This document shows, piece by piece, positions 27,687 to 37,790 of a stretch of DNA of 57,488 bases (position 1 is its first letter; the number at the start of each line of letters is the position of its first letter). The translations under genes were made by a program, and so were the position numbers. This stretch comes from Eubacteriales bacterium (lineage in GTDB: Bacteria; Bacillota; Clostridia; Oscillospirales; CAG-272), in the NCBI GenBank assembly GCA_045532975.1, contig JAZSGX010000005.1:1-57488 (forward strand), given 5' to 3'. Under the pieces are notes generated by a model. That model was not told the origin of the DNA, made no database searches, and saw only the letters and a program-made list of their open reading frames with translations.

Positions 27687-28067
27687 ATGGGAACTCTAAA
27701 TATAGTATTAGCGATTTTATTATTTGTTTCCGCAATCTTTTTGATTATCGCGGTTCTTGTGCAATCCGGCAAGGATAAGGGTACTGGTGTTATTACAGGT
27801 GGCTCTTCTGAAACATATTTTGGAAGAAACAAGAATAAGTCCAAGGAAAAGAAGCTTGCACTTATTACAACTATAGTAGCTATTATCTTTGTTATTCTTG
27901 CAATTCTCGTTTACATTTTGCAAGATCCACCGGAAGAGTACGATCCTGATGATTATGTAAATTCAACTCCAACCTCCAGCTCAACCTCCGATTCAAAGGT
28001 TGACAAGGTTGACGTATCAAGCAGTGCTACTTCTTCTGCAACTAATACAGTTGATTCCAACAAATAA
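27687..28067 (+). CDS. secG: Preprotein translocase subunit SecG with long polar tail
   Basis: Two TM helices, LVQSGK..G..ITGG...FG; upstream of rnr as usual in Firmicutes. Confidence 0.85.
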   Translation: MGTLNIVLAILLFVSAIFLIIAVLVQSGKDKGTGVITGGSSETYFGRNKNKSKEKKLALITTIVAIIFVILAILVYILQDPPEEYDPDDYVNSTPTSSSTSDSKVDKVDVSSSATSSATNTVDSNK

Positions 28068-28082
28068 TTTAAGATTTGCATA

Positions 28083-28120
28083 AAAACCGCCCAAATTTTC
28101 TTTGGGCGGTTTTCTTTTTT
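28083..28120 (+). terminator. Intrinsic terminator after secG
   Basis: AAAACCGCCCAAA...TTTGGGCGGTTTTCTTTTTT. Confidence 0.75.
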
Positions 28121-28176
28121 CAAAAAACATGGTACAATATTATTAGAAGGATACTCTTTACGAAAGGAGTGATTTT

Positions 28177-30492
28177 ATGGAAAAAATTAAAAACGCAATT
28201 CTTGATTTGATTCAAGGGGAAAATTATACACCTTTAAGTCCTAACGAAATGCTAAGCCTTTTTAACGACAACGGGCAAAATTTCGACGACGGGGACTTTT
28301 GGCGCACAGTACAGGAAATGGAGGGGGAGGATTTTTCCGTTGCCTTTACAAGAAAGAACAAAATCGTGTCATCTGACAGTGCTGGACAGTATAAGGGAGT
28401 TTTCTCCGCTTCTTCAAGAGGCGACTTTGGATTTGTTACAACGGAAAAGGGCGAGTTTTTCATCCCCCCTTCTCTCACCTTTTGCGCTTTAAACGGGGAT
28501 ACCGTTGTTTGCAAAAGATTAGACCGTGGCTCCCGTTTCTTCGGCAAGGGAAACGAGGCGGAAATCGTTGCAATTTTGGAAAGAGGTATTAGCGAAATCA
28601 TAGGCACCCTCACCTTATACGCAAACGGCAGTGGTCAGGCAGGGCATATCACCCCCGACAACGAAAGAATACACGCCTCGGTTTTGGTTTCCTCAAAAGC
28701 CTTAAACGGTGCTACCCACGGGGACAAGGTTGTTGGCAAAATAGAAAGCTACCCCAAAGCGGAGCACGACCCAATAAGATGTGAAATTGTCGAGGTTTTA
28801 GGCAAAGCGGATAGCCAAGAGGCAAACTACAAAGCTATTCTGCATTCCAACGGAATAACAACCACCTTTGACGACAAGGTTGTTGACGAGGCTGAAAGCG
28901 TGTCAAACGAGAAAATTATCGACACAGGTCGTACAGATTTTAGAGCCAAAACAGTTTTCACCATCGACTCCCACGAGGCAAAGGACTTAGACGATGCTAT
29001 TTCAATAGAGACAAGCGAGGACTCCTACATCTTGAGCGTTCATATAGCCGACGTTTCTCACTACGTCAGAAAAAATTCCCTGCTTGATAAGGAGGCCTTT
29101 AAGCGCGGCACAAGCGTTTACTTCACCGACAAGGTTGTGCCAATGCTCCCCGTCGCCCTTTCAAACGGAATCTGCTCGCTTAACGAGGGACAGGACAGGC
29201 TTACCCTATCTGCCATTATTACTTTAGACAAAAAAGGAAATATTCTTTCCTGCGAAATTGTAAACTCCATTATTCGTTCCAAAATCAAAGGCATTTATGC
29301 GGAATTAAACGACATTTTGGAAAAGAAAGAGGACAGCGAATTTTACAGTAAATACGCACACGTCCTTGACGATTTTTATAAAATGCACGAGCTTTATTTA
29401 ATATTGAAGGAAAAAAGTGAGCGTCGCGGAGCTATGGAGCTTGAAAGCGAGGAAACAAAGGTCATCCTTAACGAAGCGGGACACCCCGTTGACATTGTCA
29501 AGCGTGAGCGTGGAGAAACCGAGCGTTTGATCGAGCAATTTATGCTTTGCGCTAACGAAGCGGTGGCTACCTATCTTTATAACGCAGGCATCCCCTGTGT
29601 TTACCGTGTACACGACGAGCCCGATATGGAAAAAATCGGCGCCTTTGCTCTTTTTGCGAAAAATTTGGGCATTGACGTTTCTCCCTTGCGTACAAGGAAC
29701 AAAATCACATCCTCTCAGCTTTCCCGTGTCCTTGACAGTGTGCGTGACACGGATAAATTTGCAATAGTATCCTCCATTCTCCTTCGTTCATTAATGAAAG
29801 CAAGATACTCCCACATTCAAAAAGCACATTTTGGTTTGTCAACAGAATACTATTGTCACTTCACCTCTCCTATCAGACGCTACCCGGATTTGAGCGTGCA
29901 TAGAATTATCAAGGCTATGCTAAACGGTGAAATTAACGAAAACACAGTTGGCGAATATGAAAAATTTGCAGAATTATCAGGAATTCTTTCAAGCGAAAAC
30001 GAGGTAAAGGCTGTCCATGCCGAGCGCGACATTGACGAGCTTTACAAGTGTGTCTATATGGCGGACAGGATCGGGGAGGAATACGAGGCGGTTATTTGCT
30101 CCGTTAACTCCTTTGGCTTTTTTGCCAAGACAGAAAATCTATGTCAGGGTCTTGTTCCCATTGAAGGCTTAGGCCACGGATTTTTCTACGACAGAGACAA
30201 TTATACCCTTTCCAGCGGAAAAACCGTTTATCGCTTAGGTCAAAAGGTCAAGGTTAAGGTTGAAAGCGTTGATATTGCAACACGACAGATTAATTTCTAT
30301 TTAATAAAGGAAAAAAGTGAGAAGCAAGGCGAGGAAAAAACAGCTCCTGTACGCAAGGCTTCAGCACCTCGGCAATCAAACGACGGAGGACGTAAAAGTC
30401 ATTCTCATTCCTCCACTGCAAGAAAAAAGCAGCGGAGATTTGAAACCTTTATGTCACTTGCCCAAAAACGCAGCCGTAAAAAACGCAGATAA
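28177..30492 (+). CDS. rnr: Ribonuclease R
   Basis: Cold-shock domains, FTID...AKDLDDA, VHIADV, RGTSVY, IEQFML.ANE, HFTSPIRRYPD, S1 domain, basic tail. Confidence 0.95.
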   Translation: MEKIKNAILDLIQGENYTPLSPNEMLSLFNDNGQNFDDGDFWRTVQEMEGEDFSVAFTRKNKIVSSDSAGQYKGVFSASSRGDFGFVTTEKGEFFIPPSLTFCALNGDTVVCKRLDRGSRFFGKGNEAEIVAILERGISEIIGTLTLYANGSGQAGHITPDNERIHASVLVSSKALNGATHGDKVVGKIESYPKAEHDPIRCEIVEVLGKADSQEANYKAILHSNGITTTFDDKVVDEAESVSNEKIIDTGRTDFRAKTVFTIDSHEAKDLDDAISIETSEDSYILSVHIADVSHYVRKNSLLDKEAFKRGTSVYFTDKVVPMLPVALSNGICSLNEGQDRLTLSAIITLDKKGNILSCEIVNSIIRSKIKGIYAELNDILEKKEDSEFYSKYAHVLDDFYKMHELYLILKEKSERRGAMELESEETKVILNEAGHPVDIVKRERGETERLIEQFMLCANEAVATYLYNAGIPCVYRVHDEPDMEKIGAFALFAKNLGIDVSPLRTRNKITSSQLSRVLDSVRDTDKFAIVSSILLRSLMKARYSHIQKAHFGLSTEYYCHFTSPIRRYPDLSVHRIIKAMLNGEINENTVGEYEKFAELSGILSSENEVKAVHAERDIDELYKCVYMADRIGEEYEAVICSVNSFGFFAKTENLCQGLVPIEGLGHGFFYDRDNYTLSSGKTVYRLGQKVKVKVESVDIATRQINFYLIKEKSEKQGEEKTAPVRKASAPRQSNDGGRKSHSHSSTARKKQRRFETFMSLAQKRSRKKRR

Positions 30493-30539
30493 CAAAAAAT
30501 CCCGCACAAAAGGACACCTTCCTCTTGTGCGGTTTTTTG

Positions 30540-31133
30540 TTATTCGTCCTTAATGTTACCCTTTTTGACGTTTTCGTTGATTAATTCTTCCGTATATTTC
30601 CATATTTCCTCAGAGCCAAGCCTTGATGATTTTTGCCTGCCGACTACTTTGGATTTCGTCACCTTATGCTCGCGCCAATCCGCGCCGCCGTTGGAATTAT
30701 TAAGAAGAAGTGGCTGAAAGTTGTCCATAACCTTGGCAAATCGCGCCTCAGGTGTTTGGCAAGCCTCAAACTCTTCAAACAAAGCATGAAGCTCATCGCA
30801 CTGCTCCTCGGGAAGCATTCCAAAAATCCTGTCAGCCGCCTTTTTTTCTCGTTCACCTTGCGTCTCCAAGCCCTTAATATCGTATGCGTAGGTATCTCCT
30901 GCATCAATTTCTACAATGTCGTGAACAAGCGCCATCATCATAGCTCTTGCGACATCAAATTTCTCGTTGGCATACTCCTTTAAAAGATATATCATAATTG
31001 CCATATGCCAAGCGTGCTCAGCATCATTTTCCCGTCTGCCATGACCTGTAAGGTGAGTTTGACGTAAAACGTTCTTTTCCTTGTCGGCTTCAAGAATGAA
31101 ATTCAACTGTTTTTTAAATCTTTCTTTGTCCAT
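30540..31133 (-). CDS. HD-domain hydrolase (YfbR/HDDC2-like nucleotidase)
   Basis: RENDAEHAWH, LVHDIVEIDAGDT, EFE..TPEARFA..MD. Confidence 0.85.
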   Translation of the reverse strand: MDKERFKKQLNFILEADKEKNVLRQTHLTGHGRRENDAEHAWHMAIMIYLLKEYANEKFDVARAMMMALVHDIVEIDAGDTYAYDIKGLETQGEREKKAADRIFGMLPEEQCDELHALFEEFEACQTPEARFAKVMDNFQPLLLNNSNGGADWREHKVTKSKVVGRQKSSRLGSEEIWKYTEELINENVKKGNIKDE

Positions 31134-31145
31134 ACGTCGTTCCCC

Positions 31146-31658
31146 TTAGTTGCCGGGGGCAATATACCCCTTCTTTTCAAGTGCTGCGCTTATTCGGTCA
31201 AGAATTTCCTCGCTCTCCGCGCGCACCGTATGATAATGATAGCCCCCCGTAATGTGCATCAGCTCAACCGATTTTCCTGTTCTCACACTCTCAATAAACT
31301 GTTCTATTTGAGAGCGAGACGAAATATTCAGCTTTGCCTCCATTTTTCCGTACGCCTTATGCCACACATAAACATCAGCAACCGTACCCCCAAAATCGAC
31401 TATGGTTTGCAGCTCGTCCTCTGTTTGCTCCGTTGTGTGAAATATTTTAAAAACTCTTTCCTTAAGAGGAGACGAATGTATAATGTAACCCGAGTTAGAT
31501 GCAAAAATGTCAATTCCCTGCTCCTTCAAAAGCGAAATATCACGCACGATTATCTGGCGCGATACTCCGTATATTTCAGAAAGCTCGCTGCCCGACACAG
31601 CTCTTTTCTCATTTAAAAGCAAATTGATTATGCTTTTTCTTCTCTCGTCTGCCTTCAT
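31146..31658 (-). CDS. niaR: Niacin-responsive repressor (HTH + 3H domain)
   Basis: SGSELS..YGVSRQIIVRDI HTH; FH, EDEL..IVD.GG, WH..YG, GYHYH; directly downstream of nadC. Confidence 0.9.
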   Translation of the reverse strand: MKADERRKSIINLLLNEKRAVSGSELSEIYGVSRQIIVRDISLLKEQGIDIFASNSGYIIHSSPLKERVFKIFHTTEQTEDELQTIVDFGGTVADVYVWHKAYGKMEAKLNISSRSQIEQFIESVRTGKSVELMHITGGYHYHTVRAESEEILDRISAALEKKGYIAPGN

Positions 31659-31677
31659 TGCTTTAGCCCTTCCGTGC

Positions 31678-32529
31678 TCATATTGCGTGAAGATTTTTTA
31701 ATGAAAGGTCAAGAATTGGCGAGGAATGTGTCAGTGCACCGCTTGAAATGTAATCCACACCAATGCCTACAAGCCTTGCCACGTTCTCTCTTGTTACGTT
31801 TCCACTGCACTCTGTTTCAGCCTTGCCACGACAAAGCTCAACAGCAGCCTTCATATCTTCGACGCTCATATTATCAAGCATAATTATATCAGCCCCCGCC
31901 TCAAGAGCATCCTTCAGCATATCGAGATTCTCAACCTCAATCTCAATTTTGCGAACAAACGGAGCGTATTCCTTCGCCATTTTTACCGCTTCCTTAACTC
32001 CGCCTGCAGCTCCTATATGGTTGTCCTTTAAAAGAATACCGTCACTTAGATTGTATCTATGATTATAGCCGCCGCCAACCTTAACCGAATATTTTTCAAA
32101 AATCCTCATGTTCGGCGTGGTCTTTCTCGTATCAAGGAGCTTAGTTTTTGTTCCCTTAAGTAAATTCGCAATTTCTCTTGTATATGTTGCAATACCGCTC
32201 ATTCTCTGCAAATAGTTTAGCGCCGTTCTCTCTCCCGAAAGAAGCACGCGAATGTCACCGCGCACAAGACCAATACGCTCCCCCTTGTTTACAGTGTCAC
32301 CATCCTTACAATAGAATATAACCTCAGTCTTTTCATCGAGAAGCTCAAATACTCGCTTGAATACCTCAAGACCCGCTATAACTCCGTTTTGCTTGCAGAT
32401 AAGTTCGACCTCTCCCGCTTGATAGCTCGGCATAACGGAATTAGTAGTAATGTCCTCGCTTGTGATATCTTCTCTCAGAGCCTGTAAAATCAACGTGTCA
32501 GCATTCATTTTCATTGTAATGTTATTCAT
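31678..32529 (-). CDS. nadC: Quinolinate phosphoribosyltransferase
   Basis: ERTALN..QRMSGIAT, DTRKTTP, HRYNLSD.ILLKDNH, EIEVE, MLDN, SSGALTHS. Confidence 0.96.
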   Translation of the reverse strand: MNNITMKMNADTLILQALREDITSEDITTNSVMPSYQAGEVELICKQNGVIAGLEVFKRVFELLDEKTEVIFYCKDGDTVNKGERIGLVRGDIRVLLSGERTALNYLQRMSGIATYTREIANLLKGTKTKLLDTRKTTPNMRIFEKYSVKVGGGYNHRYNLSDGILLKDNHIGAAGGVKEAVKMAKEYAPFVRKIEIEVENLDMLKDALEAGADIIMLDNMSVEDMKAAVELCRGKAETECSGNVTRENVARLVGIGVDYISSGALTHSSPILDLSLKNLHAI

Positions 32530-33799
32530 GACTTAATCTCTCCTTTTCGATAGCCGCCAAAACAGCAGCTTTGTATTTTTCTTTATAATCTTTGTACTCG
32601 GCTTCATTAATGGTAATCTCGTTATCACCTGTAATTGCAGAATATCCCTCCATTATATGCTGCGCAGCACGCTTTGCAAACACAAGGCTTTCAAGGAGCG
32701 AGTTGCTTGCAAGTCGGTTTTTACCGTGGACGCCGTTGCAGGCAGTTTCACCCGCCGCATAAAGACGGTCCATAGAGGTCTTGCTATATTGGTCAACGTC
32801 AATGCCGCCCATAAAGTAGTGCTGAGCAGGAACAACGGGAATAGGCTCCTTTGTTGCGTCATATCCCTCTTCAAGACAGCGTTGATAGATGTTCGGAAAA
32901 TGCGCCTTGATTTCCTCCCTTGGAATAGGCTCCATAGAAAGCCAAACGTGCTTGGTGCCCTCCTTCTTCATTTCCGCAAAGATAGCATTAGCAACCACGT
33001 CACGGGGCAGAAGCTCGTTGACAAACCGCTCACCCTTGGAATTGAGCAAAACAGCGCCCTCTCCACGAACAGACTCAGAAATCAAAAATTCACGGTTGCC
33101 TGACTTTTCCGTATAAAGAGTTGTAGGATGAATTTGAATATAATCAATATTTTTTAACCTTATGTTATGTTTAAGCGCAAGAGCAACCGAGTCGCCTGTC
33201 AAATGCTTATAATTTGTTGAATGCTCAAAAACACCGCCTATGCCACCCGTTGCAAGCACGGTATAATCCGCTTGAACAACGGAATAAACACCGTTTTTAT
33301 CGTGTCCTATAATACCGTGACACTCGTTGTCCTTGCAGATAAGGTCAACCATTGTGTAGCTTTCAATAATGGTGATATTTTCTCTATTTCTTGCTGTTTC
33401 CAAAAGATGGGAGGTTATTTCCTTGCCTGTTTCATCCTTATGGAAAAGTATGCGGTTGTTAGTATGGGCGCCTTCTCTTGTGTATACAAACCCCTCTTTG
33501 TTCATTTCAAACCTGACGCCAAAGGACACAAGATCTTCAATAACCTTACGCGAGGAATTAATCATAATCTGAACAGAGTCGGGATTGTTTTCATAGTGTC
33601 CCGCCCTCATTGTATCCTCGTAGAAGGAATCATAATCATTCTCGTCACGAAGGACGCAAATACCGCCCTGGGCAAGATAAGAATCACTCTTGTACGCCTC
33701 GTCCTTCGTTACTATTACTATATTCTTTTCCTTTGGCAAATTCAAGGCGCAATACAAGCCCGCTACACCACTGCCGACTATCAAAATATCTGTTTTCAT
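32522..33799 (-). CDS. nadB: L-aspartate oxidase
   Basis: GSGVAG, SYLAQGGI, EGAH, ATGG.G, QIHPT, SESVRGEG, HYFMGG, GVHGKNRLASNSLLE. Confidence 0.95.
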   Translation of the reverse strand: MKTDILIVGSGVAGLYCALNLPKEKNIVIVTKDEAYKSDSYLAQGGICVLRDENDYDSFYEDTMRAGHYENNPDSVQIMINSSRKVIEDLVSFGVRFEMNKEGFVYTREGAHTNNRILFHKDETGKEITSHLLETARNRENITIIESYTMVDLICKDNECHGIIGHDKNGVYSVVQADYTVLATGGIGGVFEHSTNYKHLTGDSVALALKHNIRLKNIDYIQIHPTTLYTEKSGNREFLISESVRGEGAVLLNSKGERFVNELLPRDVVANAIFAEMKKEGTKHVWLSMEPIPREEIKAHFPNIYQRCLEEGYDATKEPIPVVPAQHYFMGGIDVDQYSKTSMDRLYAAGETACNGVHGKNRLASNSLLESLVFAKRAAQHIMEGYSAITGDNEITINEAEYKDYKEKYKAAVLAAIEKERLSHE

Positions 33800-33813
33800 T
33801 TTATTACCCTTTG

Positions 33814-34713
33814 TTACCTTCCCAATTCCAGCATTTTATCTAAGGGCTTCCACGCGTCAACTAATGCCTCGCTCTTAATAAGCACCTCATTATTTTCCTT
33901 TTCAAGAACAGATAGAATATTGCGAAGTGTGTTAAGCTTCATATCTACACAGCAGGGACGTGGGCTTGGATAGTAAAATTGCTTTTGAGAATTATCGGTT
34001 ATCAGCTTGTAATCAACACCGTCCTCGGTACACACAATAAACTCACAAAGCGGACTGTCTGCCACATAATCTATCAGCTCCGCTGTGCTTCCGATATAAT
34101 CAGCAATTTCAAGAAGCTCAGGCTCGCACTCGGGATGAATTAAAATCGGAGCACTCGGATGATGCCGCTTTTGTTCAAGAAGCTGTTCCTTTGTAATAGA
34201 TGCGTGAATTGGACAATAACCGTCATTAATGATAATGTTTTTTTCGGGAACCTGTGATGCGACGTACCTTCCAAGATTTCTGTCGGGAATAAAGAATATA
34301 TTCTTATTAGGCAATGCCTTGACGATTTTTATAGCGTTGGATGAGGTTACGCAAACGTCACTTTGACGCTTCAGCTCAGCAGTGGAGTTTATGTAGCAAA
34401 CAACCGCTAAGTCCTCATATTTTTCCCGCATTTTTTGAATAAGTCCCGGTGCCACCATATGCGCCATTGGACAGTCTGCTGTGATATCGGGCATCAAAAC
34501 CTTCTTATTGGGATTTAATATTTTTGCGCTTTCTCCCATAAACGATACGCCGCAGAAAACGATAATATCCGCTGTGCTCTTTTTTGCAATCTTTGCAAGA
34601 TAAAAGGAGTCACCTATATAGTCGGCAACCTCCTGTGCCTCAGCAGGTGCATAATAGTGGGCAAGAATTACCGCATTTTTCTCTTTCTTTAACTGTAATA
34701 TTTTTTCCTTCAT
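33814..34713 (-). CDS. nadA: Quinolinate synthase
   Basis: ILAHYY, GDS, FCGV.FMGE, CPMA, YINS, TSSN, PDRNLG, CPIH, HPEC, GST. Confidence 0.96.
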   Translation of the reverse strand: MKEKILQLKKEKNAVILAHYYAPAEAQEVADYIGDSFYLAKIAKKSTADIIVFCGVSFMGESAKILNPNKKVLMPDITADCPMAHMVAPGLIQKMREKYEDLAVVCYINSTAELKRQSDVCVTSSNAIKIVKALPNKNIFFIPDRNLGRYVASQVPEKNIIINDGYCPIHASITKEQLLEQKRHHPSAPILIHPECEPELLEIADYIGSTAELIDYVADSPLCEFIVCTEDGVDYKLITDNSQKQFYYPSPRPCCVDMKLNTLRNILSVLEKENNEVLIKSEALVDAWKPLDKMLELGR

Positions 34714-34756
34714 GTCAACCTTCCCTTACCTGTTGAACGACCTATTATTGCACAGT

Positions 34757-34785
34757 ATTATACACCATTAGTTTCCACCTGTCAA
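34757..34785 (-). promoter_or_regulatory. SigmaA promoter of nadABC-niaR
   Basis: Minus strand TTGACA-GGTGGAAACTAATGGTG (17)-TATAAT. A NiaR operator probably overlaps it but could not be pinned down. Confidence 0.75.
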
Positions 34786-35136
34786 CATTAGCTGTAAATG
34801 TTTTTGTTAACTATTTGTAAACATCCGACTGTTTTGAGAAATTTTACAATTTAGAGTGGACTCTTTTACCAAAGGCTTAAAATCGAATACACGCATTATT
34901 AATCTTACAAGTTAAGAAAGCAGCAGAATAATTTTTGTGAAATTCCTACAATATAATAATAAATAAATGCCATTTTTTTAGAATTTTATAAAAAATTAAC
35001 AAATTATATGAAAAATTTCAAAAAAATATACCATTATTAATTAATATGTGCTATAATTGTCGTGTGCGTCCAGACGCAAGTATGGGTGCATACACAATTA
35101 TTCAGTTTATAATTTTATATGGAGGTACTTTAGAGA

Positions 35137-37773
35137 ATGAGTACAAAGAAGTATGTTTACCTCTTTAAAGAGGGCGACGCAACAATGAGAGAAATTCTCG
35201 GCGGTAAGGGTGCTAACCTTGCTGAAATGACCAAGATTGGTCTTCCTGTTCCACAGGGCTTCACTATTTCTACTGAAGCTTGTACACAGTACTACGAGGA
35301 CGGCAGACAAATCAACGACGAAATCCAGGCACAAATCATGGAATACATCGACAAGATGGAAGCTATCACCGGCAAGAAGTTCGGCGATAAGGAAAATCCA
35401 CTTCTCGTTTCCGTTCGTTCCGGCGCTAGAGCTTCTATGCCAGGTATGATGGACACAATTCTTAACCTTGGTCTTAACGAAGAGGTTGTTAACGTTATGG
35501 CTGAAAAGTCAGGCAACGCTCGTTGGGCTTGGGACTGCTACAGAAGATTTATTCAGATGTACTCCGACGTAGTTATGGAGGTTGGTAAGAAGTACTTTGA
35601 AGAGCTTATCGACAAGATGAAGGAAGAAAAGGGCGTTACTCAGGACGTTGAGCTTAGCGCAGAGGACTTGAAGGAGCTTGCTAACCAGTTCAAGGCTGAA
35701 TACAAGGGTAAGATTGGTTCTGACTTCCCATCCGATCCTAAGGAACAGCTCATGGGTGCAGTTAAGGCCGTATTCCGTTCTTGGGACAACCCACGTGCTA
35801 ACTACTACAGAATGCAGAATGAAATCCCATATTCTTGGGGTACTGCAGTTAACGTACAGGCAATGGCATTCGGTAACATGGGTAACGACTGTGGTACCGG
35901 TGTTGCATTTACTCGTGACCCTGCAACAGGTGAGAAGAAGCTCATGGGTGAGTTCCTTCCAAACGCACAGGGCGAGGACGTAGTTGCTGGTGTACGTACA
36001 CCATACCCAATCGCTCAGATGGCTGAAATGTTCCCAGAAGCATACAAGCAGTTTGTTGAGGTTTGCCAAATTCTTGAAAACCACTACAGAGATATGCAGG
36101 ATATGGAGTTCACTGTTGAACACGGTAAGCTTTATATGCTTCAAACAAGAAACGGTAAGAGAACTGCAAAGGCAGCTCTTAAGATTGCTGTTGACCTTGT
36201 TAATGAGGGTATGATTTCCAAGGAGCAGGCTCTCCTTATGATCGATCCTAAGCAGCTTGACGCTCTTCTCCACCCACAGTTCGACGCTAAGGCACTCAAG
36301 GCTGCTAAGCCTGTTGCTAACGCTCTTCCAGCTTCTCCTGGAGCTGCTTGCGGTAAGGTTGTATTTACTGCTGAAGACGCTGTTGAATGGGGTAAGGCTG
36401 GCGAAAAGGTTGTTCTTGTTCGTCTTGAAACATCTCCAGAAGACATCGAGGGTATGCACTACGCTCAGGGTATCTTGACCGTTCGTGGCGGTATGACATC
36501 TCACGCAGCCGTTGTTGCTCGTGGTATGGGTACTTGCTGTGTATCCGGTTGCGGTGCTATTAAGATGGACGAGGAAAACAAGAGATTCGTTCTTGATGGC
36601 AGAACATATGTTGAGGGTGACTACATCTCTCTTGACGGTTCTACAGGTAACATCTACGGTGAGGCTATTCCTACCGTTCCTGCTTCCGTTGACGGTGAGT
36701 TTGGTATTATCATGGGTTGGGCTGATGAATACAGACAGCTCCAGGTTAGAACAAATGCTGATACACCTAACGACGCTCAGACAGCAAGAAGATTCGGTGC
36801 TGAAGGTATCGGTCTTTGCCGTACAGAGCACATGTTCTTCGAGCCAGACAGAATTTCCGCTATTCGTGAAATGATTTGCTCTGACACTGTTGAAGAAAGA
36901 GAAGCAGCTTTGGCTAAGCTTCTTCCAATGCAGCAGGGCGACTTTGAGAAGCTCTATGAGGCTCTTGAAGGCAACCCAGTTACTATCCGTTTCTTGGATC
37001 CACCTCTCCACGAGTTCGTTCCAACTGCTGAAGAAGACATCGAGCTTCTCGCTCAGACACAGGGCAAGACAGTTGAAGATATTAAGAACATCATCGCTTC
37101 TCTCCATGAGTTCAACCCAATGATGGGTCACCGTGGATGCCGTTTGACTGTTACTTACCCAGAAATCGCTAAGATGCAGACAAGAGCTGTTATCCGTGCA
37201 GCTATCAACGTTAAGAACGCTCATCCAGAATGGAACATCGTTCCTGAAATCATGATTCCATTGGTTGGCGAAATCAAGGAATTCAACTTTGTTAAGAAGA
37301 TTGTTGTTGCAGTTGCTGATGAAGAAATTGCAAACGCTAACTCTGACCTCAAGTATGAAGTTGGTACAATGATGGAAATTCCAAGAGCTTGTATCACTGC
37401 TGACGAAATCGCTAAGGACGCTGAGTTCTTCTGCTTCGGTACAAACGACTTGACACAGATGACATTCGGCTTCAGCCGTGATGACGCTGGTAAGTTCTTG
37501 ACAGCATACTACGAGAGCAAGATTTACGAAAACGATCCATTCGCAAGAATCGACCAAAACGGTGTTGGTAAGCTTATGTCCATGGCTGTTGACATGGGTA
37601 AGGAAGTAAGACCTAACATGCACATTGGTATCTGCGGCGAGCACGGTGGTGACCCAACATCCGTTGAGTTCTGCCACAAGATTGGCTTGAGCTACGTTTC
37701 CTGCTCACCATTCAGAGTGCCGATTGCAAGACTTGCTGCTGCTCAGGCTGCTATTAAGAACCCACGCAAATAA
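35137..37773 (+). CDS. ppdK: Pyruvate, phosphate dikinase
   Basis: GGKGANL, SVRSGA..SMPGMM, GGMTSHAAVVARG, GLCRTEHMF, FGTNDLTQ, GICGEHGG; strongly biased codons. Confidence 0.98.
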   Translation: MSTKKYVYLFKEGDATMREILGGKGANLAEMTKIGLPVPQGFTISTEACTQYYEDGRQINDEIQAQIMEYIDKMEAITGKKFGDKENPLLVSVRSGARASMPGMMDTILNLGLNEEVVNVMAEKSGNARWAWDCYRRFIQMYSDVVMEVGKKYFEELIDKMKEEKGVTQDVELSAEDLKELANQFKAEYKGKIGSDFPSDPKEQLMGAVKAVFRSWDNPRANYYRMQNEIPYSWGTAVNVQAMAFGNMGNDCGTGVAFTRDPATGEKKLMGEFLPNAQGEDVVAGVRTPYPIAQMAEMFPEAYKQFVEVCQILENHYRDMQDMEFTVEHGKLYMLQTRNGKRTAKAALKIAVDLVNEGMISKEQALLMIDPKQLDALLHPQFDAKALKAAKPVANALPASPGAACGKVVFTAEDAVEWGKAGEKVVLVRLETSPEDIEGMHYAQGILTVRGGMTSHAAVVARGMGTCCVSGCGAIKMDEENKRFVLDGRTYVEGDYISLDGSTGNIYGEAIPTVPASVDGEFGIIMGWADEYRQLQVRTNADTPNDAQTARRFGAEGIGLCRTEHMFFEPDRISAIREMICSDTVEEREAALAKLLPMQQGDFEKLYEALEGNPVTIRFLDPPLHEFVPTAEEDIELLAQTQGKTVEDIKNIIASLHEFNPMMGHRGCRLTVTYPEIAKMQTRAVIRAAINVKNAHPEWNIVPEIMIPLVGEIKEFNFVKKIVVAVADEEIANANSDLKYEVGTMMEIPRACITADEIAKDAEFFCFGTNDLTQMTFGFSRDDAGKFLTAYYESKIYENDPFARIDQNGVGKLMSMAVDMGKEVRPNMHIGICGEHGGDPTSVEFCHKIGLSYVSCSPFRVPIARLAAAQAAIKNPRK

Positions 37774-37790
37774 TTGTAGGACTTAATACA

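Noticed and set aside
34714-34800. Exact NiaR operator
   Set aside because: Only weak partial palindromes around TTGACAGGT and TCAACAGGT; a site cannot be fixed by eye.
35509-37677. 722-aa antisense ORF within ppdK
   Set aside because: Mirror-frame shadow of a strongly codon-biased gene; no recognisable motifs.
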